Source of the DNA: Pelagomonas calceolata | Taxonomy: Eukaryota | NCBI GenBank assembly: GCA_918797485.1 | Contig: CAKKNE010000001.1 | Coordinates: forward strand, 434,001 to 498,000 | Reading direction: 5' to 3' | Length of the DNA: 64,000 bases | Shown here: positions 30,137-40,125 of the stretch, in pieces | How positions within the stretch are numbered: the first letter of the stretch is position 1 | Layout of the letters: each line of letters starts with the position of its first letter | Position numbers and translations under genes: made by a program | Notes under the pieces: generated by a model | Databases searched by the model: none | Told to the model about the DNA's origin: nothing | Seen by the model: only the letters and a program-made list of their open reading frames with translations

Positions 30137-33100
30137 CTAGCCATTAAGCTGATACACGTGCACGCGCTGCGCGTTCTTCCCGCCGTAGGCGAGCACGTGG
30201 GCCTCCTCGAACTCGTCGTCGTCCGTCCCGAAGACGCCGTCGGCGCCGTTGTCGGCGCAACGGACGGCCGGGATGACGTGGAACTCGACGTGGCCGGGCG
30301 CGTTGTCGACGAGGTCCAGCACGTCCTGGCCGCCCCCGAAGCAGACGACGCGCGAGACGCCCGCGTAGTGGATCAATTTCAGACAGTTGAGCGCCGCCTT
30401 GGACGCGTGCCGCGGCTCCGCTGGTTTTCCCGTTACAGTCTCGCCGACGCGCGGCGACTTGTCGTCGAAGAGCGCCACCACCGCGTCGCACGCGTCGACG
30501 CAGGCCCAGCTCGACGCCAACAGCTTCTTCTGGGCCTCGGACGCGCCGGCGCGCCAGGCCGCGAGCTTGCAGCCCCGCGCCGCCAGGGCCGGCAGCACGG
30601 ACGTGTACGAGTCGTGCCTTAATTCCGCGCCGTCCCAGAAGACGACTTGCGCCCCCAGGTAGTCCGGCGACGAGATGACCTCGAGGGCGATGGCCGCGGC
30701 CTTGACGTTCGTCTGCAGGCTGAAGTCGACGCCGTCGCCGAAGCCCACGCATAAAACGCTCGGCACCTCCCGTAGCACCGCGGCGTCCGACGACGTCCAG
30801 GCCCGAATATTGAGTTTGCCCACCCCGCCACCAACCTGGTGGAGCTGGCCCTTTTCTTCGTAGACCGCGCCGCCGCGCATCGGGGTATGAGTGGACATCT
30901 CATCTAACTCGGCGGCCGTCCGGGGCTTGTACGGCGCCAACGACCCGTCCTCCGGCGGCAGCGGCAGCGGGTCCAGCGACCGCTCCCAGCTCCGGAAGCC
31001 CTGGGCGCCCCTTTGATACTTGCCCCCCGCAAAATCCGCGTCGTTGCCGAACTTGTCCCGGATCGGCACGGGCGAGTAGGGGTCCGAGATCTGCGAGACG
31101 CGCGACATGTCGTCGTCCTGCAGCGGCGACGACGACTGCGTCGGCTCGCGCCGGTGGTGGCCGTACTCGTTCGCGGGCTGCTGCATCCCGAAGCCTTGCG
31201 GCTGGTGCATCGCTCCGCCGAAGCCCTGCGCGCCCCTTTCAAACTTCGAACCCTCGTAGTCGGGGTCGTTGCCGTAGGCGTCCTGGCCCGTCCAGTTCTC
31301 CGCGTGGGCCGACTGGCTGCGGTCGAGCTGGAAGCGCCGGCCCGGCGGCGGCGGCGCGTCGGCGTTCCCGCCGAAGCCTCCGCCGCCGCCGAACGGACCG
31401 CCGCTCCCGCCGAAGCCGCCGCTGTTCACGGCGTTGGCGTGGCCGAAGTAGCCGCCCTCGGGCCGCTCGTTGACCTCGGCGCCATACGCGTCCGGGTCGT
31501 GCTGGTACTCGCCGCTCCCCCCAAACCCGCCGCTGCCACCGAAGGGGCCGCCGCTTCCGCCAAAGCCGCCACCGCTTCCACCACTCCCACCGAAAGGACC
31601 GCCCCCTTCGCCGAAGCCGCCGTCGAACTTGGACTCGCCCACGCCGTCGTCCATGGGCATGCCAAAGCCCCGCGCGCCGCGCTCGTACTTGCCGCCCTCG
31701 TACTCGGGGTCGTTGCCGTAGGCGTCCTGGCCCTGCCAGTTCTCGGCGTGCATCGACTGGCTGCGGTCGAGCTGGAAGCGGCCGCCCCCTGAGCCGCCCG
31801 AGCCGCCGAATTGGCCGGAGCCGCCCGAGCCGCCCATGGCGCCGCCGTAGCCGCCGTCGAAGGGCGGCGAGGGCCCCACGTCGAAGTCGACGGCGCGCTT
31901 GCCCGTGCCCGGCGTCGTCGAGAAGCCGCCCTGGGCCTGGCGCCCGCTGAAGTGCGAGAAGGCGCCCGCGATGGAGTCGATGCCTTTTTCGGACATGGAC
32001 TGGAAGCCCCTTTGATATTTCCCGCCTTCGAAGTCCGGGTCGTTGCCATAAGCGTCCTCGCCGTGCCAGGCCTCGCCGTAGCCCCCGCCGTGGGCGTCGT
32101 CGAGCTCCGAGCGTTGCTGCGGACTTCTAGAGGAATAGGGGTCGGCGGCCTGGTAGGGCTCCATGGGCGACCGCGGGCCTAAATCGGTCTTTTCATGACC
32201 AGAGAGCCCGAGCTGCTCCGAGCCGCCGGCCCAGTCCGGCAGGCTCTGCTCCGGCCGCGCGCGGGGCGCGACGGACGGCACGAGGCGGTCCACCCCATAA
32301 GCCTCGTCCGTCCTACTGGGTGTGAACTGCTCGCGGCTCTCGCCGGCCATGACCGCCTCCCGCGCGTACGTCGACGCCCGCCGCGACGCCTCCTTGGCCT
32401 CGCCGACGTAGCGCTCGACGTCATCCCTATTATCGCCGATCATGGCCTCCCGGAAGATTGGTGATGAGGGCCGCTTCCGTTCATAATCCGCGGCCTGCCT
32501 CGCCACGTCCCCCGCGCGCTCCGACGCATGTCTAGCTTCGTCGACGTGCTCCAAAACCCCGTAAGCCGAGTCGGACGCGCGCGGCCGGTAGCCCAAATCG
32601 TCGGGCACGGGCCGCGACGCGCCGTTCGGAATCGGTAATTCCGGAGGCGGCATCGGTCTAGGCCCAAACCTACGGTAGGGGCCGCCCTCCAACCCTTCCG
32701 GGTCCGGCTCCATGGGCCCCGACCGTTGGTGGCCGAGGTCCGCCTCGTAGTCGTACACACGTTTTGGAGGACTCAGCCCCGTATCGGAAGCCATACTACC
32801 TTCCTGCCACTCCTCCTGCCAGTGGTCACCGTCATGGGGGGGAAACATGGCCTTGCGCGTCCGCATCTGCGCCGACCCCAAAGACTGCGAGTCGTCGCCC
32901 GATCCTAGTGAACGCATGTCCGTCTCGTAGTTCTCCGGTTTACTTCCAGGAACGGAAGGCGGCCGCGGCTTGTAGTTCTGGTAGGCCCGGAAGCCCCGTT
33001 GGTACTTCGAACCGTGCGCGTCCTGGTCCCGCCAGTTCCAGTTCGTCGCCCCGTCAATATCTGCATCGTAGGCCGGCGCGGGGGGTAACGCGTAGTCGTC

Positions 33101-35956
33101 CGTGTCCGGTACTGGTAAACAATACTCCTCCGGATCATCGGGTAAACCGGGCGCCTCGCCCTCGAGCATCTCGTGCGTCCTCCCATCAATGTGGACGGGC
33201 TTGGGGCCCGGGTCCGTCCGCGGCGAGTCGCGCGCCGCCTCGGCCAAAGCTCGCCGGTTCGCCTCCTCGCGCTGGCGCTGGCGCGCCTGCCGGCGCTGCT
33301 CCTTCTTCGCCTTGGCCTCGGCCAGTTGGCGCTCGAAATCATCATCATCCTCCGGTCTAGGCGTCCAGTCGTCTTTCAGGGCCTCCTCGAGCTCCTTCTG
33401 GCGCTCCTCGCGCCGCTTCTGCAGCGCGGCCTCCTTGTCCTTCTTGCGAGCCGCGCGCCGCTCGGCCGCCTTCGCCTTCGCCTGCCGCAGCTCCTCCTCG
33501 GCGGCCTCCTCCGCGGCTTTGGTACGTGGCGAGATGCCGTCGTCGTCCTCGTCCTCGGACACCTGCTGGAGCTCGCGCTCGCGCGCTAACCTTCGTTGCT
33601 CGAGCTCGAACTGCTTCCTCTTCGCCTTCTCGGCGGAGCGCTTCTGCTTCGCCTCCTTGGCCCGTCTCAGCGTCTCGAGCTCCGCCTGCTCCGCTTGGTC
33701 GTCGCGGGGCGTCTCGTCGGAGGAGGCCTCGGCTTCCTTCAGCGCCTTGAGCCGTTCTTCCTTCTCGCGCTGCCTCTGGCGGCTCTTTTGTTCTTTACGG
33801 CGGGCCTTGGCCTCCTTGGCGCGCGCGATGGCGTCGGCCGAGGCCTGGGAGTCGTCGTCGGACTCTTCCTCGGGAGACTCCGCCTCGGCCTCCGCGAGGG
33901 CCTGCCTCGCCGCCTCGCGCTCGGCGTCCTTCTTCGCTCTTGCTTCGGCCTTGGCGGCTTCTCTTTCCGCTTTCTTCTTGGCCGCGGCCTCGCGCGCGGC
34001 TTCGAGTTCCGCGTCGGCGCCGTCGTCGTCCGGTTCGTCGTCCGAGGGCTCGGCCTCCATCGCCTTGAGGGCGGCCTCGCGCTCGGCCTGCTTCTTGGCC
34101 CGGGCCTCGGCCTTGGCCGCTTCGCGCTCGGCCTTCTTCTTCGCGGCGGCCTCCTGCGCGGCGGCGAGCACGGCGTCGGCGCCGTCGTCGTCGGACTCCT
34201 CGGACGGCTCGTCGGCGGCGGCGGCCTTGAGGGCGGCTTCGCGTTCCGCCTTTTTCTGGGCTTTGAGTGCCTCCTTCTCGGCCTTGCGCTTGGCCGCAGC
34301 CTCCTGGGCCGCGGCGAGCTCGGCCGCGCCGTCATCGTCGTCCTCGTCCGCAGACGCCTCGTCAGCTAATGCTTTTGCTGCGGCCTCACGCTCGGCCTTT
34401 TTCTGGGCTTTGAGTGCCTCCTTCTCAGCTTTCCGCTTCGCGGCGGCCTCTTGCGCAGCGGCTAACTCGGCGGCGCCATCGTCGTCGTCCTCATCCGAAG
34501 CTTCGTCGGCGAGAGCTTTCGCGGCAGCCTCGCGCTCCGCTTTCTTTTGAGCCTTGAGGGCTTCTTTCTCAGCTTTCCGCTTCGCGGCGGCCTCTTGCGC
34601 AGCGGCTAACTCGGCGGCGCCGTCGTCGTCGTCCTCATCCTCAGCAGAGGCCTCGTCGGCTAATGCTTTGGCCGCGGCCTCGCGCTCGGCCTTTTTCTGG
34701 GCTTTCAACGCTTCCTTCTCCGCCTTGCGCTTCGCGGCGGCTTCCTGGGCGGCAGCTAACTCGGCGGCGCCGTCATCTTCATCTTCGTCCGCAGAAGCTT
34801 CGTCAGCGAGAGCTTTCGCCGCGGCCTCGCGTTCCGCCTTCTTCTGGGCCTTCTCGGCTTTCCGCTGGGCCGCGGCCTCCTGGGCCGCGGCGAGCTCCGC
34901 GGCGCCGTCGTCGTCGTCCTCGTCCTCGTCGACCGGCGGGGCCGCTGCCTTGGAGACTGAGATGGAGGCGGCCGGCGCCGGCGCGGCCGCGGCGTCGGCC
35001 AGGGCCGTGCCGCCGTCGAAGGGCGCCGGCGCCGGCGCCGGCGCCGTGAGGTCGACGACGTTGATCGGGGGCCGCGGCGACGCTCTTGGAGAAGAGCGCT
35101 CCGGCAGCTCGTCGACGTCCTGCAGGCTCGGGCGCGACGACCGCTGCGACCGCGACGGCTCCACGGGCTGCGGCGCGCTGAGGAAGGCTTCTTCGGTGAG
35201 GCGCATGTCTTCCGTCTCGGCCGTCTCCTCTTCATCAGGACGGTCGAACTCGCGCGAGTGGCGCAGCTTGCGGCGCACGTGCGGCTCGGCCGGGCCCTCG
35301 TCCGGGAGTTCCAAGGCGTTGAGCGCGTGCTCGGGAGAGGTGGGCGGCGCCTCGGACGACGCCCGCAGCAACATCACCTCCTCGAAGGGCGTCGTCTCGA
35401 TGAGCTCCTCGGCGGCGACGGTAAAGGTCCGCGCGTCGACCTCTTGGCCCCCGAAGGCGCTCGCACATAACTCCTTGAAGTGCCGTTCGCCGTCCTCGCG
35501 GCACCGCTTGCCGCCCGTCTCGACGCGCGCGAGGGCTCTCGACGCGCCGTCTAACCGCAAGGCCACATGATCTGAATCTAAGTGCGTGGCCCCCGCGGCG
35601 AGCACGGCGAATAGCGCCGTCGCCCGCGCGCGGACGGCGCCCTCGTCGCCGGGCGTCGCGTCGCCCTTTGCGACGCACGCCAAGGCGCCTAGTACTAAAT
35701 TGCCGCCGACCCGGTCCACGGTCCGTCCGTCGGGACCCTTGAACCAGCCGCCGAACCACCTCTTGATGGCCGCTTCGACGGCGCGGGCCTCGTCGCCCTC
35801 CGCTTTTGGTTGTAATAGCTGCTGGGCCTGGCGCGCGCTCAGGAGCACGGCGCCGCCCAGCCGCTTGCGGTGGACAACCACGGCGCGGCGCACGTCCGCG
35901 AGCGTCACGGCTTCCAGGCCCTCGGGCGGCTGCAGGCTCGAGGTGGTCTGGCCCAT
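30137..35956 (-). CDS. 1939-aa low-complexity repeat protein with a small globular C-terminal domain
   Basis: Single open ORF with Ala/Glu/Lys coiled-coil repeats, Gly-rich spacers, five DAYGNDP-type repeats and an alpha/beta-like C-terminus. Confidence 0.75.
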   Translation of the reverse strand: MGQTTSSLQPPEGLEAVTLADVRRAVVVHRKRLGGAVLLSARQAQQLLQPKAEGDEARAVEAAIKRWFGGWFKGPDGRTVDRVGGNLVLGALACVAKGDATPGDEGAVRARATALFAVLAAGATHLDSDHVALRLDGASRALARVETGGKRCREDGERHFKELCASAFGGQEVDARTFTVAAEELIETTPFEEVMLLRASSEAPPTSPEHALNALELPDEGPAEPHVRRKLRHSREFDRPDEEETAETEDMRLTEEAFLSAPQPVEPSRSQRSSRPSLQDVDELPERSSPRASPRPPINVVDLTAPAPAPAPFDGGTALADAAAAPAPAASISVSKAAAPPVDEDEDDDDGAAELAAAQEAAAQRKAEKAQKKAEREAAAKALADEASADEDEDDGAAELAAAQEAAAKRKAEKEALKAQKKAEREAAAKALADEASAEDEDDDDGAAELAAAQEAAAKRKAEKEALKAQKKAEREAAAKALADEASDEDDDDGAAELAAAQEAAAKRKAEKEALKAQKKAEREAAAKALADEASADEDDDDGAAELAAAQEAAAKRKAEKEALKAQKKAEREAALKAAAADEPSEESDDDGADAVLAAAQEAAAKKKAEREAAKAEARAKKQAEREAALKAMEAEPSDDEPDDDGADAELEAAREAAAKKKAEREAAKAEARAKKDAEREAARQALAEAEAESPEEESDDDSQASADAIARAKEAKARRKEQKSRQRQREKEERLKALKEAEASSDETPRDDQAEQAELETLRRAKEAKQKRSAEKAKRKQFELEQRRLARERELQQVSEDEDDDGISPRTKAAEEAAEEELRQAKAKAAERRAARKKDKEAALQKRREERQKELEEALKDDWTPRPEDDDDFERQLAEAKAKKEQRRQARQRQREEANRRALAEAARDSPRTDPGPKPVHIDGRTHEMLEGEAPGLPDDPEEYCLPVPDTDDYALPPAPAYDADIDGATNWNWRDQDAHGSKYQRGFRAYQNYKPRPPSVPGSKPENYETDMRSLGSGDDSQSLGSAQMRTRKAMFPPHDGDHWQEEWQEGSMASDTGLSPPKRVYDYEADLGHQRSGPMEPDPEGLEGGPYRRFGPRPMPPPELPIPNGASRPVPDDLGYRPRASDSAYGVLEHVDEARHASERAGDVARQAADYERKRPSSPIFREAMIGDNRDDVERYVGEAKEASRRASTYAREAVMAGESREQFTPSRTDEAYGVDRLVPSVAPRARPEQSLPDWAGGSEQLGLSGHEKTDLGPRSPMEPYQAADPYSSRSPQQRSELDDAHGGGYGEAWHGEDAYGNDPDFEGGKYQRGFQSMSEKGIDSIAGAFSHFSGRQAQGGFSTTPGTGKRAVDFDVGPSPPFDGGYGGAMGGSGGSGQFGGSGGSGGGRFQLDRSQSMHAENWQGQDAYGNDPEYEGGKYERGARGFGMPMDDGVGESKFDGGFGEGGGPFGGSGGSGGGFGGSGGPFGGSGGFGGSGEYQHDPDAYGAEVNERPEGGYFGHANAVNSGGFGGSGGPFGGGGGFGGNADAPPPPGRRFQLDRSQSAHAENWTGQDAYGNDPDYEGSKFERGAQGFGGAMHQPQGFGMQQPANEYGHHRREPTQSSSPLQDDDMSRVSQISDPYSPVPIRDKFGNDADFAGGKYQRGAQGFRSWERSLDPLPLPPEDGSLAPYKPRTAAELDEMSTHTPMRGGAVYEEKGQLHQVGGGVGKLNIRAWTSSDAAVLREVPSVLCVGFGDGVDFSLQTNVKAAAIALEVISSPDYLGAQVVFWDGAELRHDSYTSVLPALAARGCKLAAWRAGASEAQKKLLASSWACVDACDAVVALFDDKSPRVGETVTGKPAEPRHASKAALNCLKLIHYAGVSRVVCFGGGQDVLDLVDNAPGHVEFHVIPAVRCADNGADGVFGTDDDEFEEAHVLAYGGKNAQRVHVYQLNG
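33820..34930 (-). repeat. Coding tandem repeat, unit about 144-150 nt (DDGAAELAAAQEAAAKRKAEKEALKAQKKAEREAAAKALADEAS)
   Basis: About five close copies plus degenerate ones; synonymous divergence is visible between copies. Confidence 0.9.
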
Positions 35957-36455
35957 GGTGCCGTCTCGGGGCAGCCTCCGACGACTGCGAGCCTCTCAGG
36001 CGGACCTGTGGCCGAGCTGTGAGGGCTGGTGGCCGCGCGTCGTCCGCTCAGCGCCGGCGGATAGCTTGCCTGCGCTAATTTGGGCTGGGGGGTTGTGTGA
36101 TGGGGGTGGGGGTCGCTCGTTCCTACGCCTGCCTGGGCGCATCGGTCCTTAACGTGTCGCGGATGAGGTCGACGGATGCTCGAAATCGACAAAACCCGAC
36201 ACGCTTGTGCAAAAGTTGGCTTCACAAGCTTATACGCAGGCGTATACGGCTATCGCAGCTTATGCGAGACGCTGGTAGTTGTATTTTAGACAGTTGAGCG
36301 CTGGGCGAAGCCGCGAGCGCTGTGCGAGATTGCCTCGCGGAGTTGTGCAGCATAACCTGAAGAGAGTGGACTGCCAGAGTGGACTGCCAGGCGCACTAGC
36401 CAGACGCACTGCTGCCTGCTCGGTTCCAACAAGCACGAAGACAGATTGAACATCG

Positions 36456-39400
36456 ATGCCTGAAGGCCGCGCGCCGACGTGGGCCACCTTCAGCGAGCGC
36501 GGGGACCGGCGCCTGCCGCCGCCAGCCCGCCTCCCCAGCGGCGCCTCGTTCGGCGAGCGCGGGGACCCGCGTCCACTGCCGCCGAACCGCCTCGGCAGCA
36601 CCGCCTCGACCTTCAGCGAGCGCGACCTGACGGACGTCGACACGCCGCCGCCGCCACCGCCGCAGTTCCTCGCGAGCGTCGAGGCCGCCGCGAAGACGGC
36701 GCCGGGCCGGACGCAGCTGCGCGCGCCGAGCCTGGACACGGCGCTCTCGGTGACGGACGTCGACCTCGGCGCCGTGCTGCTGGGCGACGAGTCGAGCGAC
36801 GACGACGACGACGATTATGAGGCGCCGGCGCCCTACAACCAATTGCAGAAGCGGAAGCCCCCGGCGCCGGCGCCGCGCTTTTCGCGGGCCGTGTGCCAGT
36901 TCGTGCCGCTCGAGTCGGAGAACGCCGCCGAGCGCCACGTCGTCAAGCTCCAGCTGATCCCCGACCTGTCGCCGCGCGTGACGGCGTACCTGGAGCGCGG
37001 CGACGACGCCGAGGTCGCGCCGACGCCGGCCTCGGGCCTGCGGCTCGTCGTCGAGGCGACGGGCGACGCCGACGAGCGCGACGCGGGCCCCGTGAGCGGC
37101 TGGGTCGTGGCCCACCTGGCGCGGCGGCGGGACGTGAGCGACGGCGCGTTGAGCTGGAGCACGGGCGCCGAGGGCGGCTGCGTCGGCGTGTCCTGGAAGT
37201 GCGTCTTCGTGACGCGAAGCAACGCCGACGAGCTGCTGCTCGCGACGCCGAAGCTCTCGAGCGAGGCGCCGAAGTGGCACCCCGAGCACGTGCGCGCCGT
37301 CTTCGACGAGCACATGTTCGCCGTGTCGTCGCTGTTTAGCGACGTGCCCTTTGTGCGGCCGCTCGGTCTAGAGGATAGCCGCGACGCCGTCGGCGGCGGC
37401 GCGGGCGACCACTTCCAGCTCGCAACGCAGCCGGCGCACCTCGGTCCCACGGGGCTGACTGAGGGCCTGCGCCTGATCGTGCTCGACCCGGCCTGTGCAC
37501 TGCTCCCGGGGGGCTCCCAGCGGCTCGGCATGGAGCGGCTCAGCAGGCTCCGTCCGGGCGACGTGCTCGACGCGACCTGCGACTCCCAGGGCAACGCGTT
37601 CGTGGCACCGACCCCCATAAACGGGGCACGGCGCGGATCGTTGAAAAAAAAGAAGAAGCAATCGTTCAAGGGCACGGACGCGCTCACGTTCCCATTCGAC
37701 CGGCGGGACGTCGGCTGGGCCTGGACCACCGCGACGCCCCTGCGGCCGCTTGTCGCGAGCGCGGAGCGCGCCAAACCGCTCAGCAGTATTCCCGCGCACC
37801 TCCACGAGCATTCGGACGCCGCGCTGTTGGCGGCCTGCCGCGCGGCGGCCAAGGGCGAAGCCTTCGACTTCGACCTGATCCAGCGGCGCGCGGCGGCGCT
37901 CGACGACGGGCGACGGCTCGGCGCGCAGCCGCACGCGGCGCTCCGGGACCGCATGGCGCACCTGCGCGCGCTCTTGTGGTTGGAAGAGGCAAGCACGACG
38001 CTGGACCTCGAGGCGGCTGACGTATTTGAAGTGAAACTCCGGAACATCCAGGCGCTCCCGGCGCTGACGACGAACCCCTACTACGCCCCGGCGACACCGT
38101 GGAAGTGGTTTGGGTTCGCGCCGGGAACCGTCATCTCGGAGGCGGCGCGCTGCACGCTCACTGTTCCCGGCGCGTCGGAGTCGGCGTCCGGCGCGCGGCC
38201 GCCGATCCAGCAGGGCGACGCCATACGCCTCCGCCCGACGGAGCAGAGCCGGCAGCTTTTCGCCGAGCTCGCGGGCGGCGTGTACGAGCTGCGCGCCGTC
38301 GTCGCGGACGTGCGCGCCGACGTACTGACGCTCGCGCTGCCGCGGTGCCCGCTGATTCAAAAGCTCCTGGAGCGGGAGGCTCAGGGCGCCGCCGAGATGG
38401 CCTGGCACGCGCGGTTCCGGCCGCAGCAGGCTGGCGCCAAATTCCTGCACGACGCGCTGTCGCAGATCGCCGCGGACCCCGCTCCCTTCGAGCGGATCCT
38501 CCTCGGCGGCGCGGGCACCGACGCCGGCTCTGCCGACAACGGCGACGCGGTCGACGACGTCCCGGAGGGGGCGCTCGACCTCAACGAGCAGCAGCGCGCC
38601 GCCGTCGCCGCGATCACCGCGCCGTCGCCGCGACTCCCGCCGGTCGTCGTGTTCGGTCCGCCGGGCACCGGCAAAACGGCGGTCGTCGCGGAGGCGATTC
38701 GGCGCCTGGCGGCGCGGCGCGGCGCGCGTATCCTGTGCTGCGCGCCGTCGGATGAAGCCGCCGACGTGCTGACGCGGCGGGTGGCGGCGGCAATGGAGTC
38801 GCTGGAGCCGCACAAACCGCCGTCGCTTCTCCGTCTCAACTGGTGGCAGCGCAAGCAGGATTCTGTGGCCCCGGCGCTGCTGCGGTACTGCTCGACGCGG
38901 GACGGCCAGTTCGATGTGTTCTCGCGCAACAACATCAAGAACAAGACGGTCGTGATCACGACGTGCGCTTGCGCCGGCGTACTGCTGCGCATGGGTCTGC
39001 GAGGGCATTTTAGCCATATTGTTGTCGATGAGGCGGCGCAGGCGCTGGAGCCGGAGGCGCTGGTGCCCGTAGCGCTGGCCGGACCGGCGACGCGGGTGAC
39101 TCTTGCCGGCGATCCGAACCAGCTCGGACCGGCCGTTAGATCAACAGACGCGCTCAAACGCGGCCTTGGCACGTCTCTGCTGAAGCGACTCCTACTCACC
39201 GCGGCGGAGCTCTCCGGCGACGCGCCGCCCGGCCTGAAGCGATTCGGATTGGGAAGCGCGGCCCGCGTCGCGCCGATCGTCTGCAAGTTGAACACAAATT
39301 ACCGAGCTCACGGAAGTCTGCTCGCGCTGCCGTCGCGGCTGTTCTACGGAGACGCATTGGTCCCTGCCAGTGAGACCGCGCACGCCCAATTGTTACCATG

Positions 39401-40079
39401 GGAGGGCACGTCGCTGCTGTGCTGGGGCGTAAATGGCACCCACGCGCACGCCGTCGACTCGCCGTCCTATCTCAACCACGACGAGGCGAACTGTGTGGCG
39501 TCGCTGCTCGAGTCCTTGCTCCGGAGCGACAAGGTCCAGTGCGAGCCACGCGACGTCGGCGTGCTGTGCGCGTTTCGGGCGCAGACGATCTTGATTAGGC
39601 AAATGCTTCGTGCGAAGAATCTCGGAAACGTGATGGTCGGGCAAATCTACGACTTCCAGGGGTGCGAGCACAAGGTCGTCATCGTGACGCTGACGTTGAG
39701 CCGGCAACCAATCGCGAACCGCGACGAGGACGACGACAGTGCGCCTCCGATCGGTTTACTAGGTGCGAGGCGCTTCAACGTGGCCGTGACGCGAGCGAAG
39801 GCCCTTTGCGTGATCGTGGGCCATCCGAAACTCCTCGCGGGCGAGCCGTACTGGCGCGACTGTCTGCAAGATTGCGTCGACCGCGACGCCTACCGCGGTG
39901 CGAAGCTCGATGAGGACGGCGACGACGCTCAGGACGACGACGTCGCCGCCGACCTGACGGACATGATCGCGTCGAAGAATCTCTTGGGTGGCGGCGACCT
40001 GGATCGGCTCTATCCGCGCGGCGATCGCGCGTTGCGAGCGCTCCACGCTTGCGAGACGGCGTGGCGGATTGCGCTCTGA
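36456..40079 (+). CDS. MOV10/SDE3/Armitage-like SF1 (UPF1-like) RNA helicase
   Basis: FGPPGTGKT, CAPSDEAAD, HIVVDEAAQALEPE, AGDPNQLGP, NYRAH, SPSYLNHDEA, FQGCE, RRFNVAVTRAKAL; upstream ALLWLEE segment as in MOV10. Confidence 0.88.
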   Translation: MPEGRAPTWATFSERGDRRLPPPARLPSGASFGERGDPRPLPPNRLGSTASTFSERDLTDVDTPPPPPPQFLASVEAAAKTAPGRTQLRAPSLDTALSVTDVDLGAVLLGDESSDDDDDDYEAPAPYNQLQKRKPPAPAPRFSRAVCQFVPLESENAAERHVVKLQLIPDLSPRVTAYLERGDDAEVAPTPASGLRLVVEATGDADERDAGPVSGWVVAHLARRRDVSDGALSWSTGAEGGCVGVSWKCVFVTRSNADELLLATPKLSSEAPKWHPEHVRAVFDEHMFAVSSLFSDVPFVRPLGLEDSRDAVGGGAGDHFQLATQPAHLGPTGLTEGLRLIVLDPACALLPGGSQRLGMERLSRLRPGDVLDATCDSQGNAFVAPTPINGARRGSLKKKKKQSFKGTDALTFPFDRRDVGWAWTTATPLRPLVASAERAKPLSSIPAHLHEHSDAALLAACRAAAKGEAFDFDLIQRRAAALDDGRRLGAQPHAALRDRMAHLRALLWLEEASTTLDLEAADVFEVKLRNIQALPALTTNPYYAPATPWKWFGFAPGTVISEAARCTLTVPGASESASGARPPIQQGDAIRLRPTEQSRQLFAELAGGVYELRAVVADVRADVLTLALPRCPLIQKLLEREAQGAAEMAWHARFRPQQAGAKFLHDALSQIAADPAPFERILLGGAGTDAGSADNGDAVDDVPEGALDLNEQQRAAVAAITAPSPRLPPVVVFGPPGTGKTAVVAEAIRRLAARRGARILCCAPSDEAADVLTRRVAAAMESLEPHKPPSLLRLNWWQRKQDSVAPALLRYCSTRDGQFDVFSRNNIKNKTVVITTCACAGVLLRMGLRGHFSHIVVDEAAQALEPEALVPVALAGPATRVTLAGDPNQLGPAVRSTDALKRGLGTSLLKRLLLTAAELSGDAPPGLKRFGLGSAARVAPIVCKLNTNYRAHGSLLALPSRLFYGDALVPASETAHAQLLPWEGTSLLCWGVNGTHAHAVDSPSYLNHDEANCVASLLESLLRSDKVQCEPRDVGVLCAFRAQTILIRQMLRAKNLGNVMVGQIYDFQGCEHKVVIVTLTLSRQPIANRDEDDDSAPPIGLLGARRFNVAVTRAKALCVIVGHPKLLAGEPYWRDCLQDCVDRDAYRGAKLDEDGDDAQDDDVAADLTDMIASKNLLGGGDLDRLYPRGDRALRALHACETAWRIAL

Positions 40080-40125
40080 TGTGTATGTGTGCTTTCTGTA
40101 AGTTTAAACATACTTAGTAAACAGA

